Part shown: in pieces, positions 1 to 13,544 of the stretch | Layout: every line of letters starts with the position of its first letter | How positions within the stretch are numbered: position 1 is the stretch's first letter | Source: Eledone cirrhosa | Lineage: Eukaryota | Direction: 5' to 3' | DNA length: 64,000 nucleotides | NCBI GenBank assembly: GCA_964016885.1 | Contig: OZ024740.1 | Span: forward strand, 19,282,001 to 19,346,000 | Made by a program: the position numbers and the translations under genes | The notes under the pieces: model-generated | Told to the model about the DNA's origin: nothing | Database searches by the model: none | Seen by the model: only the letters and a program-made list of their open reading frames with translations

Positions 1-362
1 GAAAACTCTGATATAACACCTGCAACCCTGATGGTATCCAATGATGTTGACTTGTTCTTCTTTTTGGTAAATATCACCTTGGTTAAGAGAGTGGGACTGG
101 CTTTGTGCAATGCCTTTGCTCACTATAAAAGCTTCACGGCACAGGCATTGCTTTATATCTGGAGATCTCTCTGCACTTGTCGTGACATGGTACCATGGGC
201 CCAGCACTATGTGTCAATAATTGTCACAAGTGTAGTGTTTGTACCAGAGTTTTCAAGTCGCTGGCTGGACTAAAAAGTCACACTCGTTCAGCGCATCAGT
301 AGGGGTTCTCCTACATGGATATAAAGTAGTGGCCGTACTCGAAAACGAGTTGGCAGCCACCA
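1..362 (+). mobile_element. RTE-derived non-autonomous retroposon family A, 3' part, followed by (ATGT)n tail
   Basis: Near-identical to 28157-28518; ends ...CTCGAAAACGAGTTGGCAGCCACCAT then microsatellite. Confidence 0.85.
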
Positions 363-486
363 TGTATGTATGTATGTATGTATGTATGTATACGTGTATA
401 TGTATGTGTATATGTATGGATGGATGGCTGTATGAATGGATGGATGTGTATATGTACGTATGTATGTATGCTTGTGTGTGTGTATT

Positions 487-542
<56 letters not shown>

Positions 543-752
543 TCTGTATATGTATACTTATGTTCATGTCTACATTTCGAAATTAATTTTGATTCTTTTT
601 TATTCAAAGGTATACGTGCTTATTAATATATGAAACGTTTCTGCTGTACACAGCTGATATTTTCGCTCCATATATATATGATGCAGACATTCCCACTGTA
701 CACCAGGATATATTTTAATCTGTAATATACTGAATATATGTATACATATGTG

Positions 753-2500
753 TTTGATATCACTGCCGTTGATTGCTTTGATGCTGTTGCCTGTAAAGTT
801 GGACATATACTCTGTTTTACCCTCGTTGAGGTGAAGGCCAACGAAGGCTGCTTCCTGGAAAGATATCAACAGTTGTTGCACATTTTCTAGGCAATCTGCA
901 AGAAGTGCAATGTTACCCGCAAAGTCAAGTTCAGTGAGACGTTTAGAGGGGTGCCGAGAGCACAAGCAGGGTTTGATGGTTATACCTTTGTTATTGATTT
1001 TTTCAATTGAGAGTCTTAGAGCGTAATGTAGTGCAATGATAATGACGAATGGGGCAAGAGGTCACTCTGCAGCACACCTGCTGAGATGTCAAAGAACTCT
1101 GTTGAGCCATCGGGGTGATGATAGTGGCACTTGTGTTGAGATACAGAGCCTTAATTGCTTCCACAAGTCTTGCTGGTATGCCATACAAGAGTAGAATTTC
1201 AAACAGAATGTCTCTGTTTATGCTGTCAAAAGCTTTTCTAAAGTCAACAAAAACCAGAGCTATTTGACTGTTGGAGTTTCTCATGGCCTCCACTATTCTT
1301 CTCAAGGCCAAAATATGTGCAAATGTAGATCTACCATGCCTAAAATCGTTTTGGTTGATGTGAAGGATTGGATCAACATACGGAACTATACGGTTGAAGA
1401 TTAGCTTGTTGTAAACCTAGGTAGCAATGGGCATAAGTGATATTCCTCGGTAGTTTGGGGGGGATGAGAGTTCGCCTTTTGGGGGGACAGGAACTATGCC
1501 TGCTTTTAGTCAACTTGTTGAAGGAGTTTTGTTGCTTAAGGTGTCGTTTCAGATTGATAATAGGACGGAAGTAAGGTTTGGTTCTTTCCAAATTATACTG
1601 GATATGTTGTCGAGACCGGGTGATTTTTTTGTTTTCAAGTGTTTTGATCACCTGGTTGATCTCACTCAAGGTGAAAAGTCCAGTGGAGATGTCGAGTTCA
1701 GGCGATACCACAGGCTTTAGGAGTTCGCCTTCTACAGGGATGGTTCTCCTAGTAGACCCTTTAAGTGGTCAGTCCAGCTCTTTTTCCTAGCTTCTTGAGA
1801 TCCTCCTTTGATGATGGTGAAGGTTTTTATCTTCTGCCAGTTATTCCGTTGATTAAAGCCCATGCAGCTTGCGTGCTGTTTGTTTATATGAAGGGTCTTA
1901 AGTTTGTTTATTTTTCCTTCTACATACTCTGCAAGAGAAGTTGTGTCCGCCTCATCAAGGTCTTTTTTTGCATTGGGTCATTTCACTTTTCAGTAAACTA
2001 GTTGGATTTGAGTTGTATTGAGAAGAAAGACTTTGCAGTTTTTTGTGCGCTGAGGATACTAAGATATGTGAGCTCAATTTCGTGAGCTTCCTTTTGGTCT
2101 TTTTGGGTAAGCTGGAAAGAGCAACTTCCTCATTTGCAACAATTAGGTTGGAGTATTTAGTCTCAATGGACTCATCAGTACAGGATAGTTCAGAGAACTT
2201 ATTGTAGACACTAATTGCATACCGGCTGGAGAGCTCATTATTTGATGACACTAGCCTCCAGTCAATTTGTTTCATAGGCTCAGCGGGGACTTTCTTAGGA
2301 GCATGAAGGCTAAGAGTAACTTTGGAAGAGACAATCCTGTGATCAGATGCTACGAGAAGGAGGAATAGGTTTCAGAGTCGCGTACACTGTTTCGCCATTT
2401 TTTTCGGAAATAGGATATAATCCAATTGAGCTCTACTACCGTTAAGGTAGGTGAATAACCAGAGCTTGGATTGCTTTTTTATGAAGCTGTTTGTAGACGA
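753..2500 (-). mobile_element. RTE-like LINE, inverted 5' segment (end of APE endonuclease through most of RT), frameshifted
   Basis: Minus-strand motifs QLDYILFRKKWRNSV, FVDFRKAFDSI, GLHLNEGKTEY; ORFs 600-965, 1003-1311, 1955-2275. Confidence 0.85.
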
Positions 2501-2698
2501 GGATTTTGAGTATCTTGGGTCCTGGGGAGGATTTTGCCACTAGAAAGGTCCAAGCATGGCCAGCTTGCAACAAGATGGAGTTTCAATTCAACCAATCTTG
2601 CTACATGGAAGTGAGACATGGACGCTTTTATCCAAACAACAAAAGCGCTTTGATGGCACCTACACCACTACTACTACTACTACATTGATGTTACCTAC

Positions 2699-2733
<35 letters not shown>

Positions 2734-2738
2734 CACCG

Positions 2739-2787
<49 letters not shown>

Positions 2788-2789
2788 CG

Positions 2790-2859
<70 letters not shown>

Positions 2860-3195
2860 CTTGATGACACCTACACTCGCCTACTTCGACGCATTCAGAA
2901 CATAAGCTGGCGACATCTGACTTTGAAAGAAATATATGCCGGCCTCCCACGCATATCTGTCGTTGTACGTAAAAGGAGAGTAAGATTTGCTGGCCACTGC
3001 CATTGTGTCACCTATGAGGTTGTGTCCCCATTAGTAGTCACTAATAACAGGGGACGCAAGCTCTCCTATCCCGATGTCATCTCCAGAGATTCTGGTATTT
3101 AAATCCAGGACTTGGCAACGGCAGTAAACGACAGGCCCACGTGGAGATCAATTGTTGAGTCGATTTGGGCTGAGGACGTCGGATGATGATGATGA
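2501..3195 (+). mobile_element. RTE-like LINE 3' segment with (GAT)n tail, interrupted by a (CTA)n expansion
   Basis: DFEYLGS, LLHGSETWTL, RVRFAGHC motifs; GATGATGATGAT tail at ~3182-3195. Confidence 0.8.
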
Positions 3196-3557
3196 TATAT
3201 ATGTGTGTGTGGTTGAGAGGTTAACTCCATAATCACGTCGTTATGTGAGAAACCCTGTCAAAGATTAAGTGTGGGGGTCATGTGTGTTTACTTGTCTCCA
3301 CAACTTCATATTAACAAGGTTTAAAGCAAAGAATTACGTCTCTTCACGTCCCTCATAAACAATACACCCCAGAGTGTAGAATAAATTATGGATGAGGAAG
3401 GGCCTCAGACCGTAGTAAAACTGCCTGAAAATATTTTGTCATCATAAAAGACAGAAAAACGATGAAGCTGACGCTGATAATTGCAGTGTCAATGATGATG
3501 TTAACATACATACATATATATATATACATATATATATATATACACATATATATATAT

Positions 3558-3619
<62 letters not shown>

Positions 3620-3740
3620 TTTCCATTTATTTAATATCATTGAATATTTACTCCAGGAACTTGTTGAGTGCTCTAAATCAGTTATAAACATTTACATTTA
3701 TATTTGTCGGATTTCCAACAAATTAAATACCCCTTCTACT

Positions 3741-3810
<70 letters not shown>

Positions 3811-3851
3811 CGAAACATAAGTCAATTGTATGAACTCATAATCCTTTATTT

Positions 3852-3907
3852 ACTGCTATATATATTTCGATGATAGCCATTGAATGGATTTGACCTCATC
3901 AGGCAGT
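3852..3907 (-). ncRNA. Type I hammerhead ribozyme motif (Penelope-type, palindromic stem III)
   Basis: Minus strand: ACTGC-CTGATGA-stem II-GAAA-TATATA-TA-GCAGT; same family as 50858-50912. Confidence 0.75.
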
Positions 3908-3971
3908 TAGTCAGTTCCTAGATATGCCAGCTCTGTGTTTATGGTGTTGATGGTATCAGAGCCTTGGTATC

Positions 3972-4018
<47 letters not shown>

Positions 4019-4085
4019 AAAAAGGATGAAATCGAAAATGCGGCCGGAGTTTTTGTTTTTTTTAAAAATATATATTTATTTGGTT

Positions 4086-4123
4086 CCTTTACCGGTTTCG
4101 CAGTTCTTCTGCTTTTCAAAAGT
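4086..4123 (-). ncRNA. Hammerhead motif with U3-A8 variant core
   Basis: Minus strand: CTT-TTGAAAA-GCAG(AAGAA)CTGC-GAAA-CCGG-TA-AAG; same family as 49615-49652. Confidence 0.65.
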
Positions 4124-4170
4124 AGAATTGAGATGGAGGGTTTGTGGTTTTTCTCACAAATATATATAGG

Positions 4171-4222
4171 AAGCTCTGACGATTTCTACCGAATGAAACA
4201 GTTCTAGTCCTGTAGAAGCTTT
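4171..4222 (+). ncRNA. Hammerhead motif, partly degenerate
   Basis: CTGACGA-T-TTC(TACC)GAA-T-GAAA-CAG(TTCTAGTC)CTG-TA-GAAGC. Confidence 0.55.
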
Positions 4223-4302
4223 TCTATATTAAAACATTTATACTCTGCTATGTATTGAGGACCTTACTTACTGTGGTTACCCCCGATTGAGCCCGGAATA
4301 AT

Positions 4303-4398
<96 letters not shown>

Positions 4399-4653
4399 AA
4401 TAGGATTTCGCTTCAAGCATAGCTTTATACAATATGTATAAATATTTCGTATCTCCTAAGAAATACGGTTTTAGGAAGCCGTAGCTATGCAGACGCCGGG
4501 GGGCTAACGCCCTCTGGTGATGTCCAGCAGAAGCAAGGGGGACAACCGTCTATGCATTTCAGGCTTAACTGGCCTTCGTCAGGAGGGTCCCTCCCACCGC
4601 TTGCAACTGCTGGACGGGCAGGAAAAGCTAAGCGAAACGCAAAAATCAGCCCT

Positions 4654-4722
<69 letters not shown>

Positions 4723-4727
<5 letters not shown>

Positions 4728-4905
4728 GGGCTTCAACAGGACTAGAACTGTTTCATTCGGTAGAAATCATCAGGAAGATTTCTCCCGTATGAAACAGTTC
4801 TAGTACTGTAGAAGCCTTTCTATATTAAATATTTATACTCTGTTTTGCACTGAGTACCTTATTTACTGTGGTTACCCCCGATTGAACCCGGGATAAACTT
4901 ATCTA
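4723..4905. mobile_element. Short fold-back element containing a minus-strand hammerhead (4731-4777) and an inverted partial copy
   Basis: Minus strand: CTTC-CTGATGA-...-GAAA-CAG..CTG-TT-GAAG; tail homologous to 4225-4305; follows a (TA)n run. Confidence 0.65.
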
Positions 4906-4909
4906 ACTA

Positions 4910-7900
4910 TCAAGGATTTGAAGACAATTCGTTTTCACCTGACGAGATCAGTGTTAATCGATCATGGCTACACGATCGATCTATCTCTTATTGAAATATC
5001 TGGTCGTTATGACTCTGCTGGCTTAGAGCCACAGGGAGGGCCAGTGGATGATGGATCAGCTGTCTCTCTGAGACAAATATAAAGAATGCAGTTTTGTCCT
5101 GCAGCAGAGCCATCAAAATGGGCACTTTGAATGTGAGGACTATTCGGACGCTGGAGAGGAGTTGGGACATCTGTTCAGGAGAGTGGTATACAGATACTTA
5201 CGATCCAAGAAGACAGGATCCTACAGATCCTACACGATGAGCCCGTGAGGAGTATGATGATTGGGAAGAGGAGCCAGCTCATCACCACATCAGCAGTGAG
5301 GAACATGACCAATACTGCAGTGGGAGGAGTGGGTTTTGTTTTCAGCACAAAAAACAGTCTATTGGTGAGGGAAATAATGCCTGTCTCCCCGCGAGTGTTG
5401 AGGGTGACCTTCAATGGAAACCCAAGACTGACAGTCATCTCAGCCTATAGTCCAACCGAGGGGGACAGTGATGTGAGTGCGGAAGAGTTCCATAAGGAGG
5501 TGTGTAGAGCTGTCAACACCACTCAAGCACACAACATCCTGCTTGTTTTGGGGGACTTCAATGCACATCTGAGTAAGGAGAGCAGTGAAGATCCTTGCTG
5601 GTACTTCCATAACAACACCAACCGAAATGGAAGACTACTGAGAGACACCCTGTTGGAGGCGAACTTGATAGCGACCAACCTAAGGTTTAGGAAGAATCCG
5701 GGGAAGATGTGGACCTACATCTCAGATATGCACCTGTCCAAGTCCCAGATTGATTTCATTCTGGTGAGGAAAAAGTGGCGGAATAGTGTTCTGAACACAG
5801 AACCATACAACTATTTCAGTACACTGGGTAGTGACCACCGGCTTGTTATGAGTGAGATCCGGGTGAGCTTAAGAAAGAGCAAGGCTCAGCCCCGGAGAGC
5901 AATCTATGACTGGGGAGCTTTCAAGGAAGATGATAAGCTACATGAGAGGTTCACAGTGGAAGTGAGGAACAGGTTCAGTGCTCTGTGTGGAGAGACAGAG
6001 GTAAGAGAGATTGGATGAACTGAGGAGAGTGTGACGAGGAGGTACGGGCACTTCACCAATGCAGTGGCGGAAGCAAGTGAAACCCTGGTGCCGAGTAAAA
6101 AGAACAAAAGGAAGCACGTCAGCTCTGCAAACCCAAAAGTGTGTGCAGCCAGAGAACACCTGAAAGCTGCCAAGGACCAATTCTATGCTGATCCTACGGA
6201 GGAGAGGATGGAGACTGTGGAGGTGATGAGGGAAGAACTCTGTACCGCTTACACTGAGGCCAGAGAGGAGGCACTGATAGAGAAGATCAGAAGTGTGGAG
6301 AGAGCGGTTGACAGATCTGGATGTAAGGAGAGCGGGATGATCATCAATGAGATCACAGGGAGGAAGAGAAGGTGTTCGAGTCAGATCCAGGGAACGGGGC
6401 CCGAGGATAGGAAGAGGAAATGGCTAGACCATTTTAGGACTCTACTAGGAGAGCGACCCTCCACAGCCCAGAGCACTGGGGGGGATCAGGCGGCTGTTTT
6501 AGGAACTGGATATTGAGACAGAGCCCTTCACCAGAGAGGAGCTTCAGAGAGCCAAGAAGAGGATCAAGGAGGGCAAGGCTCATGGAAAAGATGGAGTGGC
6601 ATCAGAGATGATGAAGAGGTGTGATTTTGATGATATCCTGGGGTTCTGTAACCGGGCACTGGAGAAAGGAGTTGCCCCGAATCAGTGGAGGATCAGTAAC
6701 ATCGTCCCAGTGCCAAAGAAGGGAGATCTCTCTAACACCAACAACTACAGGGGGATATCACTGACGTCACTTGTGGCAAAGACCCTCAACAGGATGATTC
6801 TTAACAGGGTCCAGCCTGAGATGGAGAAGAAGCTCAGGGACAACCAGAACGGCTTCAGAGAGGAAACATCAACCACCAGTCACATCCTGATGCTGAGGAG
6901 GATATTAGAGGGAGCTAGAGCAAAGTGCCTTCCTGTGGTCATGGTTTTCATTGACTTTAGGAAAGCCTTTGATTCTGTGGACCGTCACTGCCTGATGAAG
7001 ATCTTACAGGCTTATGGAATCCCCAAGACGATAGTGGACCTGATATCACTGCTCTACACCAACACCAAAGCCCAAGTCATTTCATCTGATGGGATGACAG
7101 AGTTCTTTGAGATACTGGCTGGAGTGCTCCAGGGAGATACATTGGCTCCCTACCTTTTTATCATCGTAGTGGACTATTGTATACGCCTTGCACTGGAGAA
7201 ACACCAGGACTCTGGCTTTACTGTAGCACCGGCTCAGAGCAGGAGAGTTAAAGCGAAAAAGGTATCAGATACTGAATTTGCCGACGACATACAGTGAGGG
7301 AGGCAGAGGATTTGATGCGGGAGGGTGAGACTGTGTCGATGAGCGTGGGGCTGAGAATGAATGAGATTAAAACAAAATATCTGGTAGAGAATGTGGACAA
7401 GCCAGAGGGGATTACTAATGTAGGCGGGAAGCCGCTGGAATTGGTTGAGGGCTTCCTGTATTTGGGAGCAAAGATTGGGGATACGGAAGATGATGTGGTT
7501 TAGAGGAAGAGTAAATCCTGGGCGGCGTGCCACAGCTTGAGATCGGTGTGAAAGTCGGACCTTCGTAAAGACCTGAAAATCCGCCTCTTCATTGCTGTAG
7601 TGGAATCTGTGCTGCTGTACGGGTCTGAGACTAAGACACTGACCAAGAAACTCACTCAGATGGTGGATGGTGCTACACGAGAATGCTGAGGATGGCTCTG
7701 AACATTAATCAGTATACACTGAGGATGAAAAACTCAGAGCTACATGGGAGCCTCCCAAAAGTCAGCTCAAAAGTGACACAGAGGAGACTGAAGTTGGCTG
7801 GACATGGTCACCGACATCCAGAGTTGACATTGCACTCAGTGCTCCTGTGAGAGCCCCTACATGGACACACTGGAAGAGGAAGACCAAGGTTAACGTATGT

Positions 7901-8017
7901 TGATGCCCTAAAGACAGACACTGGTCTGTTGGAGACGCTGGGCATGGCAGCGATAATGAAGGACAGAGACGGCTGGAGAGAACTCGTCCATGGATCTCGG
8001 GAATTTTACCCGCCCTA
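4910..8017 (+). mobile_element. Near full-length RTE-clade LINE (APE endonuclease + RT), inactivated by stops and frameshifts
   Basis: ORF 5245-6018 (AYSPT, LGDFNAH, QIDFIL, SDH); ORF 6596-7297 (NYRGISL, FIDFRKAFDS, GVLQGD, FADD); 5' boundary approximate. Confidence 0.92.
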
Positions 8018-8049
8018 GATATATATATGTATATGTATATGTGTATATA

Positions 8050-8091
<42 letters not shown>

Positions 8092-8787
8092 TATACATAT
8101 ATACATATATATATATGTATAAATATATACATATGTATATATGTATAAATATATACATATGTATATATGTATAAATATATACATATGTATATATGTATAA
8201 ATATATACATATATACATATGTATATATGTATATATAAATATATACATGTATATACGATATTAAACAAATGGAAATTACATTTATAAAACCATATTTATT
8301 TCATTATATATATTTCAGGGATATCATATTAAAAATATGGTATGCCCTCTTCAGACAAAATACAATATATAGACAGTTTTATAAATAAATTTGACATACC
8401 TTAGAGTTTACAACTTCCATTTAAAAAGTTGTTACGGTAGTTGTTACATGTATATATGTATATATAAATATATACATATATACATGTATATATGTATATA
8501 TAAATATATACATATATACATATGTATATATGTATAAATATATACATATATACATATGTATATATGTATATATGTATATATGTATAACTATATAAAGTTG
8601 TTACATGTATATATGTATATATAAATATATACATATATACATGTATATATGTATATATAAATATATACATATATACATATGTATATATGTATAAATATAT
8701 AAATATATATATACATATGTATATATGTATATATATATACATATGTATATATGTATATATATATATATATATATACATATGTATATA

Positions 8788-8820
<33 letters not shown>

Positions 8821-8830
8821 ATATGTATAT
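8018..8830. repeat. Compound (TA)/(TACA)/(TATG) microsatellite blocks surrounding a short element
   Basis: Low-complexity runs seen directly. Confidence 0.9.
8297..8362 (-). ncRNA. Type I hammerhead motif
   Basis: Minus strand: TATTTTGT-CTGAAGA-GGG..CCT-GAAA-TATATA-TA-ATGAAATA; relatives at 38741 and (decayed) ~32325-32388. Confidence 0.72.
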
Positions 8831-9013
8831 AACGCAGGAAATGTGGTAAGGAACTAGATGGACTATAACGTACCAAAGTACTCAATACTTAGGGTAGTAG
8901 AATGGGTAATAGGAACAAGTATGACCCTGACGGCAGAGCTCAAGCCGTTTCGACGGCTCAAAATACTATAGTACACATGCTCTCGCATAAATTCACATAA
9001 TCACATAATTTCA

Positions 9014-9047
<34 letters not shown>

Positions 9048-9048
<1 letters not shown>

Positions 9049-9878
9049 GAATAATCGAGTATCGAAAAATCGGCGCACGAGTTCACGATAAACAAAATTC
9101 GAAATGAGCGGCAGAGGGCTCAATAATTCAGATAAATCAGAGCTATAACTATCGTTAAAATACCGACACACACAGAACATGTCTAAAATCAACCATACGA
9201 CCGAAAAATTACGATCTGGAAGATTCGGGACACTCAGATAAAATATCAATAAATCAATAAATCAAATGAATGTAAAAAGCATACCCGGACCCGCTAGAAA
9301 GATGGTAAATCTAGCTTCTTGGGTTTCTGTAAATCCTTAAACCGCCCTCTATCAGCCCACATAACAATATATAAGACTTTTAGAAAGCAGCGGACCGGAA
9401 TTTACTTCCTCAACGAGCTTTTGTCCGAACGAATAAAAAGGCATAACCCAAGTTGAAAATACGCACATGGAATTCAGCAAGGGAGATAACCTCTATATCC
9501 GCAAAAAATATTCGGGAAAATGTGGAAATACACATATCGAATAAGAGTGCTCAATAGACATGTTAAAATAAACAGGAGCTATTCATCATTTAATAGAATC
9601 GACAAAAAATGAACAATAAAATTAACTGGTCAATAGCTAAGTCTAGAGCTAAATATAGCAGAATAATCGAGTATCGAAAAATCGGCGCACGAGTTCACGA
9701 TAAACAAAATTCGAAATGAGCGGCAGAGGGCTCAATAATTCAGATAAATCAGAGCTATAACTATCGTTAAAATACCGACACACACAGAACATGTCTAAAA
9801 TCAACCATACGACCGAAAAATTACGATCTGGAAGATTCGGGACACTCAGATAAAATATCAATAAATCAATAAATCAAA

Positions 9879-9882
<4 letters not shown>
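9048..9882 (+). repeat. Partial tandem duplication, period 612 bp
   Basis: ~9049-9270 repeated at ~9661-9882; matching minus-strand ORFs are offset by 612. Confidence 0.9.
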
Positions 9883-9925
<43 letters not shown>

Positions 9926-9983
9926 TTGACCCTCCCAAAGTATAACAATATATATATATATATATATGACCCTCCCAAAGTAT

Positions 9984-10023
<40 letters not shown>

Positions 10024-10027
<4 letters not shown>

Positions 10028-10812
10028 TTTCTGAATTTGTTTAGCAAGATTCTTTATCTGAAAACGTGTGTTGAAACCGATATTGTTATACTTTGGGAGG
10101 GTCATTTTGCCAATAAGAAACACACGCACCAGTTGCTTTCACTTCAATTTATTATAATAAATTTATAAATTTAGGAATTTATAAATTTCTGGTTGGTTGG
10201 TTGGTTCCACAACCAGATAGTTGTTTATATATTGTCAAAGTTCTTTCGTCACATTCTGTGACCACTTCAGTGACTGGGGATTCTTTTCTTTGTTTTTCTG
10301 CCTCTCCTTTGTTCTGTCCTACGCCATTTTGTTTCTGTGTGTGTGTTGTGTGCTCAGTCTGCGCATGCGCCACATCCGGGTGTCTGTGTGTGTTTATATT
10401 CGTTTATTTATTTGTTTATTTAGATGTTACCGGTTGGTTGTTTGTTCTATGTGCGTGTGTGTTTTCATTTTGTCCTTAATTGTAAGTTGTGATGTTGCTA
10501 TTCCACTCATATTTTCTATTTAATTTTGGTTGTAATTCTTTTATGTTTATTGCCTCTGTGATTTGTCTAAACATTGCGTCTTTTCTGTGTGTAGATTCTA
10601 TTTTTATTTCTATGTTCTCTAATTTACCCTTATGTTCTATTTTAGCATGTTGGTAGAGTACAGATGATTCTTTACTATCTTGAAGGTCTCGCCAGTGTTC
10701 ATTTATCCGTTCCCCTACACTACGAGCTGTCTCACCTATGTACACTATATTTTTGTCTCTACATTGTCCTTCAGTACATCTTATGCTATATACTACATTT
10801 CTAGAAATGTAG
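10024..10812 (-). mobile_element. Penelope-like element 3' remnant: GIY-YIG endonuclease + pLTR with hammerhead remnant (10234-10274)
   Basis: NVVYSIRC..C...VYIGETARSVGERINEH...EAINIKELQPKLN in ORF 10476-10928. Confidence 0.88.
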
Positions 10813-11262
10813 TGGGACTGGCTTTGTGCAGTGTCTTTGCTTACTATAAAAGCTTCACGGCACAGACATTGCTTTATATCTGGATATCTCTCTGCTCTTG
10901 TCATCACATGGTACCATGGGCCCAGCACTATGTGTATCCAATGATGTTGACTTGTTCTTCTTTTTGGTAAATATCATCTTGGTTAAGAGAGTGGGACTGG
11001 CTTTGTGCAGTGCCTTTGCTCACTATAAAAGCTTCACAGCACAGGCATTGCTTTATGTCTGGAGATCTCTCTGCACTTGTCGTCACATGTACCGTGGGCC
11101 CAGCACTATGTGTCAATAATTGTCACAAGTGTAGTGTTTGTACCAGAGTTTTCAAGTCGCTGGTTGGACTAAAAAGTCACACTCGTTCAGCGCATCGGTA
11201 GGGGTTCTCCTACATGGATATAAAGTAGTGGCCGTACTCGAAAACGAGTTGGCAGCCACCAT
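10812..11262 (+). mobile_element. Family A retroposon, 5'-truncated, with an internal partial duplication
   Basis: Identity to 28190-28518; segment 10812-10930 is repeated from ~10990. Confidence 0.85.
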
Positions 11263-11897
11263 ATGTATGTATATATATATGTATATGTATGTATATATAT
11301 ATATGTATATGTATGTACATATATATGCATATGTATATATATATGTATATGTATGTATATATATATGTATATGTATGTATATATATATGTATATGTATGT
11401 ATATATATATGTATGTATATATATATGTATATGTATGTATATATATATGTATATGTATGTATATATATATGTATATGTATGTATATATATATGTATATGT
11501 ATGTATATATATATATGTATATGGATGTATATATATATGTATATGTATGTATATATGTATATGTATGTATATATATATATATGTATATGTATGTATATAT
11601 ATATGCATATGTATATATATATATGTATATGTATATATATACGTAGATATATATACGTATATATATGTATATGTATATATATGTATATATATATATATGT
11701 ATATGGATGTATATATATATGTATATGTATGTATATATGTATATGTATGTATATATATATGTATATGTATGTATATATATATGCATATGTATATATATAT
11801 ATGTATATGTATATATATACGTAGATATATATACGTATATATATGTATATATATGCATATGTATATGTATATATATGTATATATATGTATATATATG

Positions 11898-11944
<47 letters not shown>

Positions 11945-11969
11945 GTATATATATATATGTATATGTATA

Positions 11970-12026
<57 letters not shown>

Positions 12027-12230
12027 ATATACATACATATACATATATATATATATACATACATATACATATATATACATATATATACATATACATATAC
12101 ATATATATATATATACATATACATATATATATATATATATACATATACACATATATATATACATATACACATATACATATACATATACACATATATATAT
12201 ATACATACATATACATATATATATACCTAG
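11263..12230. repeat. ~1-kb compound TA/TATG/TACA microsatellite
   Basis: Seen directly; source of the long YIYM/HIYI ORFs. Confidence 0.95.
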
Positions 12231-12496
12231 ATATATATGTATTATCGTTAGCCTTGACTTCATTATCAGATACAAAATTCACTGAATTCTTCATTATATA
12301 TATATATATGCATGTAATTATGTGATTATGTTAATTTATGCGACAGCATGTGTACTATAGTATTTTGATGAATGTTTAAAGCTATTTGATGTCAAACAAC
12401 ACACTCAAATATTTGTGAGGTCATGAATAATTATCATTTAGTTTGTTGATTGGTATCGTTGTGTTTAATTCTATATATGGGCATACATACGCACAT

Positions 12497-12725
12497 GGTG
12501 GTGGCTGCCAACTCGTTTTCGAGTACGGCCACTACTTTATATCAATGCAGGAGAACCCCTACCGATGCGCTGAACAAGTGTGACTTTTTAGTCCAGCCAG
12601 CGACTTGAAAACTCTGGTACAAACACTACACTTGTGACAATTATTGACACATAGTGCTGGGCCCATGGTACCATGTGACGACAAGGGCAGAGAGATCTCC
12701 AGATATAATGCAATGCCTGTATCTC
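12497..12725 (-). mobile_element. Family A retroposon 3' fragment
   Basis: Reverse complement of the family A 3' end. Confidence 0.85.
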
Positions 12726-12994
12726 CCGGAGATACGCACATACATGCGTACATACATACGTACATACATACATACGTATATATATACATACGTGCATACG
12801 TACATACATACATATACATATATATATATGTATATACATACATGCATCATTATATACATTCATGCATACATACACACATACTTACATATATACATACAGA
12901 TATATGTATTCAGTCGTCATACATGCATTCATACGCATATACATACATACATACATACATACATACATACATACATACATACATACATACATAC

Positions 12995-13528
12995 ATGATG
13001 GCTGCCCCCTCGTTATCGAGTATGGCCATTGCACGATATACCAATATTAATAATTATTAATTAATTCTATCGAGCAATGCCTGTGCGTGAAGATATTTTT
13101 TTAAGTGAGGAAAGACTGTGCACTGAGCCAATCCCACTCTCTGAGCGACAGTAGCTCTAACCCCCAAATAAGAAAAGATCAACATCATCGGTAACTACTG
13201 AGCCGCAGGTTTTATATCGGAGTTATCCCAGTTTCCCGAGTTGCCTTCTCCTAGAAGAATGCCCTGACAAAAGCTAGGGGTCCTTCACTCCCAGTGGTTT
13301 AACCGCACGGTACATGTGTATATATATATTTAAACACTTTCGGATGGCAGTTGACTCTTATGAGTTCTTCAGCCCTTTGTCAGGTTGTTTTTTGTCCTGC
13401 AGGGTGTCCAAAACGCCCCTCCTCACCAAGTAATCTTGGTGGGGTTGCCGTTTTAGTCACCGACGACTCGACCATGCGACAGGTTGTACTGGGTTACATG
13501 TTACCAGTAGCACTCAAGAGTGAGCCGG
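12995..13528 (-). mobile_element. Family B retroposon (sister of family A)
   Basis: Shares the structured head and GGCCATACTCGA..CGAGGGGGCAGCCATCAT end with 29432-30152. Confidence 0.8.
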
Positions 13529-13544
13529 CATACACACATACATA

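Noticed and set aside
2556-2950. Poly-Leu / poly-Ser ORFs
   Set aside because: (CTA)n expansion inside a dead LINE.
11138-12325. Long ORFs of 200-380 aa (YIYM/HIYI repeats) and the many similar CVCV/THTH/YIYI ORFs across the window
   Set aside because: Translations of stop-free microsatellites; no coding signal.
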